A stretch of 64,000 bases of DNA. Origin: Selaginella moellendorffii (lineage: Eukaryota > Plantae > Lycopodiophyta). A program made the translations under genes and the position numbers. The notes under the pieces were generated by a model. It worked only from the letters and a program-made list of their open reading frames with translations. It made no database searches and was not told the DNA's origin. The stretch's first letter is position 1. Each line of letters begins with the position of its first letter. Below, piece by piece: positions 1 through 13,609 of this stretch. The stretch is taken from NCBI RefSeq assembly GCF_000143415.4, contig NW_003314307.1, positions 1,447,928 through 1,511,927 of the forward strand. Direction: 5' to 3'.

Positions 1-615
1 AATAAAATTTTAGCTATTCTAAAGTTCCCTACTCCAAAGTTATGAATGATTTGCAATGCTTCCTAGGCAACGTGTATTATGTCAATTGTTTTATTTTGAT
101 CATATTGCACTGTTGCAAATATTGCTAAAGTAGTCAATATTATCTTTCATTTAGTTTGAGGATTATGAACATATATTTCAAGAATTCAAAGTGCTATTAA
201 TTACTCCTTTAGTTTTGGCACATCTTAATTACACTTGACCTTTCATTTTGCATATAAATGCTTTTGATATCGAATTTGATGATGTTTTGATGCGAAAGCA
301 TGAGTGTGCCTAAGTAACGTCATCCCATTGCGTACATTAACCATACATTACAACCGGCCAAGATGAACTACTCTATAATAAAGAAGGAGTGTTTAGCAAT
401 AATTTGGGATTTCAAGAAGTTTCATATATATTTGCATGGTTTTTAGACATTACTACAAGATAATTAGGCTGCAATTACCTCATTAGTGAAGTGAAAGAAC
501 TTGGTTAGTTATATTTCTCAGTAAGCTCTAAACTTTTAGATATATGATTTCGAAGTTATTCATTGCCTGAATTTTATAATTGATGCTAACAACCTTTCTC
601 AAGCTCCTCTCCCTT
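1..615 (+). pseudogene. Decayed Ty3/gypsy RT-connection/RNase H fragment
   Basis: Manual translation gives LQCFLGNVYY, PFILHINAFDIEFDDVLM and PIAYINHTLQPAKMNYSIIKKECLAIIWDFKKFHIYLHG, degenerate versions of gypsy RT/RNaseH motifs; many stops. Confidence 0.75.
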
Positions 616-705
616 TCACTATTTTTTCTTGTTTTTAACAAGCATATTGTCTAACATCTATAGATTTTTTGGACGAGGATTTTATATTATCAGCAATTAT
701 TATAC

Positions 706-3700
706 TTGACATTCAGTGTCCACAAGATGAATACCACACTAGCAAGCTATAGTATTTATAATGACTTTAACATTATAAATTTTAATATTAGTAGTTTACT
801 ATTTGTTTGTACTTTTTGTAATGCATTACATTTTAAAGATGAAAACGCTTCAATGTGTTGCCAGAATAACCAAGTTATATTACTTCCAATTTCACCTTTA
901 CCATTTGATTTACTTTCACTTTATATGCAAAATAAGAACTCTAATTTTAGAAAAAATATTAGACACTACAATAGTGCTCTTGCTTTTGCATCTATGTCTT
1001 CTAATATTGATATTGTAAAAGGTCATGGTCTTTATTGCTTTAAAATCCATGGTCAAATATATTATAATATTGTATCAACACATCCTTTTGAAGATCAATA
1101 TCAAATTTATGGACAACTTTATATGCTTGATACTCTAGAACCTACAGATATAAGAAAGCAAAACCCTTTTAATTCAAGCTGTGAGACAAACTTACTTAAA
1201 CATCTTAATGCTCTCCTTCGTCATATTAACCCATATGCTCAAACTTTCAAAATGATGTATGAAATGGAACAAGAAGAAATTCATTTTGCTACACTTTCAG
1301 GTTATCCTATATATGGTGTTTACATGTTATTAAAAACTGAAGGAACTGATCCACGATGTTATAATGCTCCACGGACAAATGATGTTGCTATTGTGTTTGT
1401 TAGTGATGATGGAGAACCACCACATAGTCGTGTGAAATTTGTGTATATTTGTAAGCTCCTGACTTTGGACTTCCCGGGAAGTCACTTAGCCCAGTACTAT
1501 TCAAACCCAAGGACACTTAACCCCAAGTATCCAAAGACCCTTAACCGATTGGAAAAGGGGGTGCACTCTTGTTTATGGGCCCTTTCCCTTTATATTTGAA
1601 CTTTAACGGATCGTCTCTCGAGTTGTTCCCTTTAGTTGCTTACAATCCACCACACTTCCCTGCAAATTCACGCCCTCGTGAATGGTAGCTGAGAGCCGCA
1701 GCTCTCCTGAGAGCCCTGCTCTCTTGACACCCTACCCCTCGGGTCAAGCCCAGCAGGAGCAAACTGGACCAGCCAGATGTTAATCAACATGTGGTGTAAT
1801 TCCTCTAGCCAACTAACAGAGTCGGACCCGAGACCCCTCTGATACCAAATGTAAGCTCCTGAGTTTGGACTTCCCGGGAGGTCACCCAGCCCAGTATTAT
1901 TTAAACCCAAGGACACTTAACCCCAAGTATCCCAAGACCCTTAACTGATTGGAAAAGGGGGTGCACTCTTGTTCATGGGCCCTTTCCCTCTATATTTGAA
2001 CCCTAACGGATCGTTTCTCGAATCGTTCCCTTTGGTTGCTTACAATATCTAACTGTAAGCAATTCTAAATGTATCTCAACACTTGATTATAATGGTGATC
2101 CAATGGTTTACCCATTAATATTTCCTTTTGGTGACAAAGGCTGGCATAAAAATATTTATAATTCCGGACGTCGAATTATATTACTCCAATATTATGCATA
2201 TTGTTTATCTATAAGAGACACAATATACTTTGGTTTTGATCAAATTTTACATGCAGGAAAACTCACACAATAATATATAGTCAATGCTTATGTAAAAGTT
2301 GAAAGCAATAATTTGAATTACCATCGCACTCATCAGAAATAATTGCAAGTTGAAATGTGTATTGGTCTTATGGATTATGTTGCAACCTGTGCTACTAATG
2401 AAAATATAAATCTAGGCAAGAATGTTATTCAAAAAAATTTAACTATGAAACTACTTTTAGTATTCATGGATATCCAAATTATTATCGACTTGATAATGGC
2501 TGCACTTTTCTAAAAAATGGGTGCTATATTGATAATCATTAGGTATTGCCTTATAATAAATACCTTTGTAAAAAATATAATGCTCATATTAATATTAAAA
2601 TTTGTGCTACTATTAAAAGTATTAAATATTTATTTCAATATGTCTATAAAGGTTATGATTGTGCTACAATGGAAATCCATTCAGCAACCCAACAACCTAA
2701 TAATATTTTAAATTGGGATGAAATCTCAACTTTTTAAATATATATTATGTATCTGCTCCAGAAGCATTATAGAAACTTTTTAAATTTAAAATGCATGGTT
2801 GTTTGACCCCTATAATCCATCTTCCTATCCATCTTCTAAATTTTCAAAACGTTTATTTTATAGAAGGTTCTGAACAAATGGCACTTCAAAGAGCTACTCA
2901 AAATGATACAATGTTGATAAAACGGTTTGAATTAAATATAAATGACCCAAATGCTAGACCATATATATATCCTGAAAGCCCTTTATATTATATATTTAAC
3001 CCTTATACTCATAATTGGCAAATTTGACATACAAGAAATGTCATTCCCCAAATGTATTCTATATCGCCATTCAATGTTGAACTATATCATTTATGTCTTA
3101 TTTTACTCCATAAAAAAGATGTTATGTATTTCAAAAATCTCAAGATAGTTAATAATATTTATTATGACACATTTCAACAAGTTGCAGATGCAATGAGGCT
3201 TATAGCTGATGATATCAAATGGGAAAAATGTTTAGAAGATACTTATTTTTTAGAATGCTATCACTATTAAAACAATTATTTGTATTACTTTGTATCTTTT
3301 GCATTCCAAAAGATCCATAATTTTTATGGGATAAATTTAAAGACTTCCTCTCTAAGGATTTTATGCAAATAAATCTAATTTTTCATTATGAACATGCTTT
3401 ACATGATATAAATATTAAAATGAAAATGCATAGCAAAATTAATCAAAACTACCATCTATCTTTCCTGTCTGAAAATTTTTATCATGAAAATAATATCAAC
3501 TCAAGACAAATATATCAAAATTTTGAATAAAATATTCCTCAATTTAATCAAGAATAGTTAAATATTTTTAATGATATTCTTAATGTTATTGATCACCCAA
3601 TTGAGCATAATTCATACATTTTCATTGATGGCCCTAGTAGTACTGGTAAAAAAATTCTTCTTAACACTTTTATAAATATTTTACAACTGAAAAAAAAAAA

Positions 3701-4920
3701 TGTTAGCATGGCTTGAACAGAAATTGCATGTACTTTACTTTATAATGGCTAAACTTCATACATTACTTTTAAACTTCCTGTTAAAATAAATGAGACATTA
3801 ACTTTTACTATAAATACTAATAGTGAAGCAGATATAAGTATCAGAACTACTAATGTATTATTATGGGATGAAATAAGTATGGTTCACACTCATGCATTCA
3901 CTGCTATTAATCAAGTGTTGCGAGACCTAAAAATACATCATTACCTTTTTGTGGCATAATTGTTGTCACTAGCGGGGACTTTAGACAAACACTTCCAGTT
4001 ATTTCACATGGATATAGGGCATAAATTGTTTTAATGAATAAATTATAAAGATTATTTAGAAAGTTATCTTTGAAAACAAATATGTGGCTTGCTAAAAGTG
4101 ATAAATCATGGGCTGAATGGCTTCTCAAAGTCAGAAATAGTGAAAATTTTCAAAATTTACCATCTTTACCTTCTAACTTCATTTTATTACCTCATACACA
4201 ACTAATTTATTCATCTATTATTGATTTTGTCTACCCTTCAGTACTTGATATTTCAAACCCTTATATTGCAGCCAATCAAGTCATACTTATCCCATTTAAC
4301 GATGACACATTTGCAATCAATAACACTATTGTCTCTAGATTACAAGGTGATACATATATCTATAAAAATATTGATTTTGTTAATATTGAACATCCTGAAA
4401 ATTTTCCAATAGAATTCCTAAATTCTATCACACCTTCTAGTCTCCCACCACATAAACTCTCTCTCAAACAAGATGCTATTCTTATCCTCTTAAGGACTAT
4501 GTCTCCATCAGCAGGACTATGCAATGGCACATGTCTCATCCTGAAAAATACACTACCAAATGTTTTAGACTGTGAAATTGTGATGGGGCAATTTAAAGGG
4601 ACAAGAGTTTTTATCCCACATATCACACTAATACCATCAAATATAAAAATTCTGTTCAAAATGTCCAGAAGACAATTTCCAATCCGTTTAGGTTACTACT
4701 TAACAATCTCCAAATGCCGAGGATAGACATTTGACTGAGTTCGAGTTTACTTGCCCCACCTAGTTTTCACTCATGGGCAACTTTATGTAGCTTTATCAAG
4801 ATGCACATCACCACATGGCATTGAAATTAAAGTTCAAAACATCACACGCCAAGGCAACCTCCTTCCTCAAGATCCTTCTATTTTTACAATTAATACTGTT
4901 TATAAAGAAGTTTTATATTA
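706..4920 (+). mobile_element. Helitron RepHel pseudogene (Rep + PIF1 helicase), fragmented
   Basis: Helitron N-terminal motifs FRKNIRHYNSALAFASM, FKIHGQIYY, YGQLYMLDT, YNAP; KYLFQYVYKG; Walker A-like DGPSSTGK at about 3627-3650; GDFRQTLPV; PIF1 C-terminus [24 protein letters not shown]. Many stops and frameshifts. Confidence 0.92.
1450..2044 (-). mobile_element. TRIM (miniature non-coding LTR retroelement) inserted in the Helitron
   Basis: Two 195-bp LTRs (1450-1644, 1850-2044), each TGTAAGC...GCTTACA; tRNA-iMet PBS TGGTATCAGAG on minus at 1837-1847; purine tract next to the other LTR; flanks ATATT/ATATC (5-bp TSD, one mismatch). Confidence 0.93.
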
Positions 4921-4962
4921 AACCTCTTTGTAAACCACCCAGCATTTGCAGAGACTAACTCC

Positions 4963-5591
4963 TGATACTAAGGGAGGCTTGGGGTGAAAGCCCAAAGCGT
5001 GTGTTCCTCAAGGGGGAGGGGGATATGGGGGGTTCCAAATGTATAGTAGGGATAGTGGGTAGGTCGGGCATGGCTGACTAACCTGAGGCATAGTTTAGCT
5101 CCCGCTTGCATGCTTGTCCTTGTTCTGCGTTCGGCTTGGGTTTAAGCCCAAGCTCCACACTATGCTAGCTAGTGGAGTACCCATGTCCTCGCGTTAGGCC
5201 ACCGGTATGTAAAAATAGTGCCAAACTCCATTTAGCTCCATTTTGCATGCTGGTCTTGGCATTGGGATGCTGGTTGCTCTAGGACCGTTCCAAGTCACTC
5301 CAGGCTCCTGTCCCTTCACTCCTTGGGCTGTATGGTTAGGAGTTGCTCCGTGGTTCGGTTTCGTCACTCCTCGGCTCCACGCTTGGGAGTTTGGCACCGT
5401 TCCTTCGTTCAGTGGCCCAAGGCCCTGAACCTCGGGTTCCGCACCATTGTTCTTTGGACATGTGGCATATAGCACGTGGCATGTGTCACGTGGCATAAAG
5501 AGGGTTTAGGTTCCGCTTCGTGGTGTTATCCTATGGTAAACCACCATAGGATAAAGGGTAAAATCCACGTTCGCTACATTTAGTATCAGAG
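4963..5591 (+). mobile_element. LTR (TG...CA, 4963-5578) followed by a degenerate Met PBS
   Basis: Starts TGATAC, ends CTACA, followed by TAGTATCAGAG (5581-5591); shares GGGTGAAAGCCCAAAGCGT and a CCAAAxGTATAGTA motif with about 11177-11245. Confidence 0.6.
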
Positions 5592-8500
5592 GATGAGTCT
5601 CAGTGAGTACTATTCAATGAGATTGGGCAACTAGTCTTGTTGCATACGCAGAGATGAAAATGATGATCCGAGTGGGTACACGTTTGGGTGCAAAGGCTTT
5701 GCAGTCATTCTTTGGGTATGGATTTGGTTACTTTTTTGTACCATAATAATGTGAGCTTGCTCTTGGGCTCATAGGATGGATTTGAGTTGTTTCGTTTGCA
5801 CGAATTTGCGCTTAGGCTCGTGAGTGAGGCACATTAGTAACTCAAGGTTGCACTTTGAGTTGGCAGGATTAATGTTAGCCTATCGTTGGTTCCATGAGTT
5901 GTTCCATGTATCATGGGTGAAAGTAAAGCATCCCTGGGTTTGCTATGAGTGGCAAATAGGCTGGTCCATAGCTGTTTAGCATGGCACTAGTAGATCCTTC
6001 CTAGGCATGATTATAAGTGGATCAATTAAGACTGTAAGGATTAGTCTATTGGTTCAAGTAGTCATTGCCGTGCTCTCTCATAAACTTTTCTTGGATCGAA
6101 CTGAAGGCAGTCCAAAAGCAAGCTTGAGGTTTAGTCAAAGATGAGACTGAAAAGAGAATTGTCAGGGACGAAGGATCAAACATGTAAATCATTTTCACTT
6201 GGAGAGATGATTTGCAATGAAGTGTTAACTCATTGCTCATGTTCACAATATGCAATCAAGAGTCCTTACCTTGATGCATGTTGGAAGTGATAGTCTTACA
6301 AGTGGTGAGTTATGGGATGGATAGTGGTGAAACGCTAAACCATTTTGTCTAAGCTCACTATTGGAAGACTTGGGTTGCAATGCTCAATTCTTTTCCGAGG
6401 AACTTTGTTATTGCTCCTTGAGTAGCTTGGTGTTGGATTAGTGTTGAGTTTGGTCGGAAAGAGAGTGGCATGAACTTGTCTGTGTTGTGAACAAAAGTTA
6501 GTGGTGTTAGGTGTTGTAAATCTCTATTGATGGGGTGTGGCATTTATGTTGCATTTTGTCGAATCGAGTTGACACTTGATATTCACATAAACCTTTGCAG
6601 TAGTGACAGGGGCATTGCTCATAGTGTTGCTTGATTGATAATCAAATTATTGTGATTTATATCATATCCATGTGATAATGAGCAATGTGTTTACGAAGTT
6701 GCTTGGGTAAATGATGATCAACCCTAAAGTGGTTGATGGAGAAGCTAGTCTACTTGCACGAAGTAGCATTGTAGTAGCTTTGACTGGATTCTCAATGGTG
6801 GTCCATTATGCTAAGCTTAAGTTGGTACCTTGTTTCCTTGAGTTTGCCCATTAGGTGTTGGAAAAGGGTTATAGCATTCACTTGCTATGGCTTGTTGGTT
6901 GATCCATTAGCACTTGGAGTAGATTGTTGGATGGAGAAGATGTGTAGTTGGGGCATTGACATCACTAGCACTTATGTTAGTGGAAGTGACATTATTATTT
7001 CGAGTGATGAGGAATTTTTCTTGGACTTTGATTTTCTATGTCATTTTTCTTGTTAGTGTTTTGACTTCACATTAGATCTTGAAGGTGATTGAAGAAGGGT
7101 GTTAGTGCAATGTGGATATCTGAAAATGTGGTCTTCGTGATCAAGCCTTGGATGTTCATTTTGCACTTTGCGGATGTCAGAGTTGGATGTCGGAAAAATG
7201 GGCAAAGATGTTCGATGCTTAAGCATGCTATTAGGTCATAAGAATCTGTGTTAAGGTGAGCCTATGTGAAGTTGTTGGTAGAAAGAAGTTGGTTGAGTCT
7301 TGAAAGTTTGCATTCCTGGACTAAGAGTCATTCTTTCTCTAGGATGGAAATTTTCCACAAACTTTCTTAGGCTTTTCCAATGGTTGATTTATTGATCACT
7401 TTGCCAAAAACCATTCCATTTTCGTAAGCCAGTACAAACTAGTGAAGGGTTTGGAGTTGACTTCGGTTAGCTTAGATCTTAGTAGGTAATTTGTATGATG
7501 CGATCCGAAAGGGATGCTGACTTTTGGAGCTAAGGCAATTGAGTTGGATAGAGTTTGGAGTTGGTATAGAAAAGTGGCCGTTGCACTTTTCTAAGAAGGG
7601 TGACCCTTGTGCCTTTCTTCTGTAGCGTTATGCTTGGTGGCAGGTTGCACTTTGCATTACGTTAGACTCTATGAGAGTAGTGAACTTTCACTAATCTTGA
7701 CTTAGTCTTGGTAGCACTGCGCCTTGGCTGAGGATGGTAATGTCCAACTTAGTTGTTTGAGTTTGAGATGTTAGTACCCGTACTATAGCTTTGTTTATGA
7801 GGAGGTTGTGTACCGATATGAGTCCATCTCATGGTCTTCACTTTAGTTTTGACTAAGTGTTGATCATGCATAGCTAGCCTCTTCAAGGCATGCTCAGAGC
7901 TAGTGGCTAAATGTTTTAGTGAGCTTATTGCGGTTGAGTTGGATTCGAGTGGTCATTTAGTTTGTGCTTGTCTATGAACTTTTATTTCGTACCTGGGGTA
8001 TTACGTTCATGTTGGATAAGTATATAACTTGATGACAAGAGTTGGTGTTTGGGTCTTGTGAAGGCAAGTTGAGGAGTGATTGTTAGTTGCTTTGCAACTA
8101 GTGATTACTTGTAGACTTCATTAAGGACCGTTGACACTTGCTTTGCTCGATGATGATTTAGCAGTGATGGGCTTGCTTTTCCGGATGGTGTTGCGGAGGA
8201 TCGTGTCATTAGGCTTGCATGGTTTTTCCATGTTGGCATGTCAATTTCTTTGTCGATATCATTTGGTTACGTTTGGTCTATAATGTTGGATTTCATCGAG
8301 TCTTGGATGTGGTGATTCACTCCTTGATGATGTGTTATCTATAACTGAGTTTTGCTGAAGCATTGGTCTCGGATACTAAGTATAGTATCTTCGACTTTGG
8401 TTAGCTTGGTTGCTGGAAAGCTCTGAATGGTGATTCACTCTTGCTTTCTTCTAGCTTTGTCTTGGTGTTGATGACATTGAAGTGATGCCTTGTTATTGAC

Positions 8501-10535
8501 ATTGTTGATATTGAGATTCGAGTGAAATGAAATGTTTTTCCTTAGGATTGATATTGAGTTTCATTAGTCTTAATGATTTGGCTATGGCTTTGTGTTATTG
8601 GCATTCATGGATTTGCTAGTTAGCAATTGCATTGACGTTCAAATGAACTGAGTGGCAAGTTTGAGTTAGCTGTGTTCTAGATGAGATTGTTTAGTAAGGG
8701 TTGAGCTTTAAGATTTTCCTTGAAAAGTGATTTAGTCATGAACTATGCTAACTTTACAAGTGGAAGAGTTAGTGATCGATATTAGAATATTTAAGTCCTT
8801 ATTGGATTTGAGTTCGGGATATATTGATTGTTAATGATTCTTCTTGTGCTTGTTATGGCATGAGTTACGTCTTACTATAGATGGATTCATGGAGGATTGT
8901 TTAGTGATCACTTGTTGAGCATAACTCCATTGTGTTTAGCTTTTGGATTAATGCAGAAATGCTCTTCATTAGCTTTGGCATTATGAACTTTGGCTTATGG
9001 ATGTGTTGAGGAAGATATTGTGGGTTATATCACGATTTCCTCTTTAGCATTGAAATTAGCTTCTATGAGACTCGTGATCATTATTAGGCAAAACTTGGCT
9101 ATAGGCTTCTTCGAGCTTTTGGTTCCTTGAGTTTTGTGCTCATTGTTCCATTTGTTAGAAGTTGTTGGGGAAGGCATTTTAGCTCATTAGCTTCAATATT
9201 GAAGTTAGTATTTGCATCTAGCAATCGTTGATGATGATTGACTGTTATCTAGGATAGTTGATTATCCTTGTCGAAAGTTTTGCTTGATTATCGTTGATCG
9301 AGAATGATTTGCTATTCTTTGGGATGGTGGATTCCTTCTTAGATGATGATTCTGCATATATTTTTTTGATGGGATGATTAATGAACTTTTATGATGGTTA
9401 GTTGTTCTCTTTGATGGCTTATGGCTTTTTGCAATACCACATGTTTTTTGTGGTTTGCTCTGGATTAGTCTTTTGGGTTTGAGACATTAGTAGGATGTTG
9501 CTAACACTTACTTAGGCAACTTGAGTTCCTTGGGGTTGTTGGTTGGGATCTATTTGGATTGGCTAGTGCAATAGTTGGCATGATCGAGTGTTTGTTGGTC
9601 TTACCGCATTCATTCTATTCTGTTGATTGTTGCTCGAGTTAGTTCTCATAGATTAGGATGTTATTTCCTTCGGGTGATACATTCGCAACATTGTGCTTGT
9701 TAGTCAATGATGCTTTGTGTTCTTTAAGTTCTCTTTCGTAAGTTGTTTGGCATTCTATCTGCCATATTTGATAGTTAAGTTTCATCATTGAGTTTACTTG
9801 ATGAGATACTTGCTATTGAATTTTGTTGGATGGTGAATCCTGTGTTTACCAATTTTGATGATCTTGGTGGTTCCTATCTACTATAATACTAGTTTATCAG
9901 ATGATAACATACTTGGAATACTTTTGTGTTCTAATCTAAGATATATTCACTGATAATTAAGTCTCTCCGATATCATTGTCTCTGACTTTGATATAGTCCA
10001 TATATTGATCTTTGAGTTTGGGCTAGTATAGGCAGATTGGCTTCAGCACTTCGTGTGTATGTTGAAATCTCTAGTCATGGGGTAGCTACTGTCGACTGGT
10101 CATATAACCCACCTCTCTGTCGATGTTCCTTATTCCGTTAAAAGAGCGTGACCGTGTAAACAACTCTAACTGCCTATTTACAGTAGTCTATCTAAACCTT
10201 ACCGACGGGTTTGGTTTCTTTGCTTAGGAGGGTTGGGGCCTCTAGCTTCTCTCTCTATGTTCCTGCGGGCAGGGGCATATCACACTTTTGTAAGTTGGGT
10301 GACTCCCAGAGCAGCAAGGGTGGCTGACTCCGTTGGTCATTTCCTTGTCGGCGACGGCCGGAAGGTGTCTGAGCTGGTAGCGCATCCGCGTTAGACAAAG
10401 AGGTTACCCCTAACTCATTTAAGTTGGTGCATTTCTCACATAGTTGTGAGACACAAAATCCCTAGGCCCCAAAGTGGAGCCGGAAAGGGTGCCATGTGGT
10501 AGTGGCCAAAGTGAAAGCCAAACGAGTGTAACACA
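5592..10535 (+). mobile_element. Degenerate LTR-retroelement internal region, no intact ORF
   Basis: Follows the PBS; strongly T/G-skewed; possible PPT/LTR junction TGGGGTAGCTAC|TG near 10080-10091. No domain recognised. Confidence 0.35.
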
Positions 10536-10633
10536 TTTGGACTAAAAGCTCCGACTTAGAAGGTCGAGAGCGGGAGTGGAACTCCTAACAAAGTGCTTGA
10601 GAAGCGAGCAAGAGGCAACTGATAAGCAAGGCT

Positions 10634-11175
10634 CCAAAAAGGGACCCAAAAAGGACCAACACATGGCACGAGGTGGAGTCCAAGATGGACCCGAGATGGA
10701 GTTCGAGACAGAGTCCGAGATGGACCCGAGATGGAGTCCAAGATGGACCGAGACAGAGTCCGAGATGGACCCGAGATGGACCCAAGATGGAGTCCGAGAT
10801 GGACCCGAGATGGAGTCCGAGATGGACCCAAGATGGAGTCCGAGACGGAGTCCGAGATGGACCCGAGATGGAGTCCGAGATGGATCGAGGCGGAGTCCGA
10901 GATGGACCCAAGATGGAGTCCGAGATGGACCCGAGATGGAGTTTGAGATGGAGTTCGAGATGGAGTCCGAGAAGGACCCGAGATGGAGTCCGAGGTCGAG
11001 ACTGAGACCGGGACCGAGATCGACACTGGGACCAAGACCGAGACCAAGACCGAGACCGAGACCAGGACTGGGACCTAGACCGAGACCGAGGCCAAGGCCG
11101 AAACCGAGCCCGAGCCCGAGTCCGAGTCCGAGTCTGAGTCCGAGTCTGAGTCCGAGTCCGAGTTTGAGTCTGAGA
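10634..11175 (+). repeat. GAGTCC/GAGATG/GGACCC minisatellite (left inverted arm plus GAGTCC tail)
   Basis: Short-period GC-rich tandem repeats; 10634-11079 is the near-identical reverse complement of 13152-13609. Confidence 0.95.
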
Positions 11176-11552
11176 GGGTGAAAGCCCAAAGCGTTCGTCT
11201 CCGAGACCCTGGGGGGTTTGGTGAGCTCCAAAAGTATAGTAAGGGGGAGGACTGCAGTGGAGCCAGTTTGGCCAAGGGCTGGGTAGTTTTTGAGCTGAGC
11301 TCACGAGTTGAGCTCAAGTCAATAAAAGTCAATGAAAGTCAAAGGAAGTCAATACAATCCCCTAACTAGCGAAAGTTTAATGGCACTACCTTAGTTCGTC
11401 CCGAACCAAGAATTTTTAACATAAAATCTAGGTGTTTAAGGTATTCCATAAGCTCATGTAGATTATTGGTTCAACATGAACTAATCTTTTAGTCTACAAA
11501 AAAAGAAAATAATATATTAAACAATATAATTTATATTAAAATCAGAATATAT

Positions 11553-13077
11553 TCAATCTTCTTCTGCTTCCATATCCAGAAAAGTAGAAATGGGTATAGT
11601 GGAATGCTCCTTCACTATAGGCTCGTGTTGTATGTAATGTTGTGCCATACGTTCAGCATAAATAGGTAAGTGGAATTGACTTCGGTCCATATGATCATCC
11701 ATATCATCAAGATCAAGTGTGTGGACTGAAACACTGTGTGTGATAAATGTAGACCTAATAAAATAGAAACATTTGAGAATAAATATTATAGATTATTTCA
11801 AGCACTAACATCACCTGTCGCAAAATCTCCTAAGAATGTCCTCAAAGGCACCCTCCTTCTCAAGTGCAAAAACCGCTCGGCCTGTCTCTTTTGCTGCCTG
11901 CACCATTGATCCAAATCCTGCTGTAGCATCAAGCACAATCCCCTTTGGCGGACAGAATAACTCCAACAAGATTTGCATGGCTGTGACTGAAAGATGTTGA
12001 TAACCAGGGAACGCTGGGTGAAGAACGTCCGAGTCAATCACATTTGGGATGATGTCTGTAGAGCTGTCATATCCTGGTAAAGCAAGAGCAACACGCTCGT
12101 CAGCTCGTGTGGCATTACGCCGGTTCCCAATGTGGCATAGAGCATGGTAGTTCCAGGAATAAATCTGGAAAAAAAAATAGAATACAGTTAATTTATAAAT
12201 AAAGAAGTCACACACCTTTCGCGTATGCCTGCTAGTGCCTTTTGTGTCCACCGCCATACTCAAAAGAAGGCAGCTAGATGAAAACTCAATAAATCCATCA
12301 TCGTTGTCAGCCAAGTGTGCGAGAAGGCCTTCCCACATTAGAGAGCGAGGAAGGATCATGACAACCACACCCTCGTATGTCATGAAGCTGCTCACAACTT
12401 TTAAGGCTTGGGAAATGTGTTGGGCCTGCAACACATTCCATGACGGAGTATCCCCCTGCGGTGGTGGCATCCCATCAGGAAGATCAAAAAAGATGAAATC
12501 AATCTTCCCATAAGGTGTGAGCTGACCCAAATCATGGATCCACCGATCAAGCATGTAGAGCTCCCGACTAGTAGCATCTAAAAGCTGTGTGTAATCCCCA
12601 ATGAGAACAGCAACTTCCCCAACACTGGCCGTTGGGGATAGAGGGCGAACCTGAAAATCAACTATTAGAACTTGAAGATAAAATTCATGCTTACTAACCT
12701 GTTTATGCATCGCTGCAGAGGAGAGCTCTTCTAGGTCATCATCTGTAGCCGTAGGGAGGGATGGGAAGAATGTCTTAGTTCGCCAAAAAGACTGATGGCT
12801 GCTCTCTGCAACATCTATAAAAAAAAAAATGAAGTCAAGAATGAATAAAAGAATGTTCCAAATCAAAGTCCTTACTCTCATGAAAGGCTTCATGACAGCC
12901 CCTTCAGGGGTTGCAAGGAGGAGGTACTGGAATCTCTTGTGCTGGAATTTCCTATACAGTTTCCTCTAGTTCAACGGTATTTGAATTTGGCATCTCCTGA
13001 ATGGTTTCCTGAGTGCTAACTCCTAGGTTTAGTTGTTGAACTTCAACAACATCGTTATCACAGTCAGAAAGAGCCTC
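11553..13077 (-). pseudogene. Intron-containing beta-class N4-cytosine/N6-adenine DNA methyltransferase-like gene, probably inactivated
   Basis: Motif IV-like IDFIFFDLPDG (12474-12485) precedes motif X/I LLELFCPPKGIVLDATAGFGSMVQAAKETGRAVFALEKE, the beta order. Short GT-AG introns; last exon ends MEAEED-TGA at 11553; the upstream exon (12876-13077) has in-frame TAG and TGA. Confidence 0.8.
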
Positions 13078-13151
13078 TAGAAAATAAGAATATAACTCAA
13101 GGTTAATATTTCCTAGCTAAGTGCTGACCTGAAAGACTAAACCTAGTCTTT

Positions 13152-13609
13152 TCTAGGTCCCAGTCCTGGTCTCGGTCTCGGTCTTGGTCTCGGTCTTGGT
13201 CCCAGTGTCGATCTCGGTCCCGGTCTCGGTCTCGACCTCGGACTCCATCTCAGGTCCTTCTCGGACTCCATCTCAAACTCCATCTCAAACTCCATCTCGG
13301 GTCCATCTCGGACTCCATCTCGGGTCCATCTCGGACTCCGTCTCGGTCCATCTCGGACTCCATCTTGGGTCCATCTCGGACTCCGTCTCGGACTCCATCT
13401 TGGGTCCATCTCGGACTCCATCTCGGGTCCATCTCGGACTCCATCTTGGGTCCATCTCGGACTCCATCTCGGGTCCATCTCGGACTCCGTCTCGGTCCAT
13501 CTTGGACTCCATCTCGGGTCCATCTCGGACTCTGTCTCGAACTCCATCTCGGGTCCATCTTGGACTCCACCTCGTGCCATGTGTTGGTCCTTTTTGGGTC
13601 CCTTTTTGG
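13152..13609 (-). repeat. Minisatellite, right inverted arm
   Basis: Reverse complement of 10634-11079; flanked by about 30-bp direct repeats at 13115-13144 and 13634-13663. Confidence 0.95.

Noticed and set aside
10542-11332. Many overlapping ORFs across the minisatellite (also 13143-13750)
   Set aside because: Stop-poor repeats are open in several frames; there is no coding evidence.
11811-12893. The 360-aa ORF taken as the real MTase protein
   Set aside because: It reads through short in-frame introns (e.g. VCDFFIYKLTVFYFFFQ); the spliced model differs at both ends.
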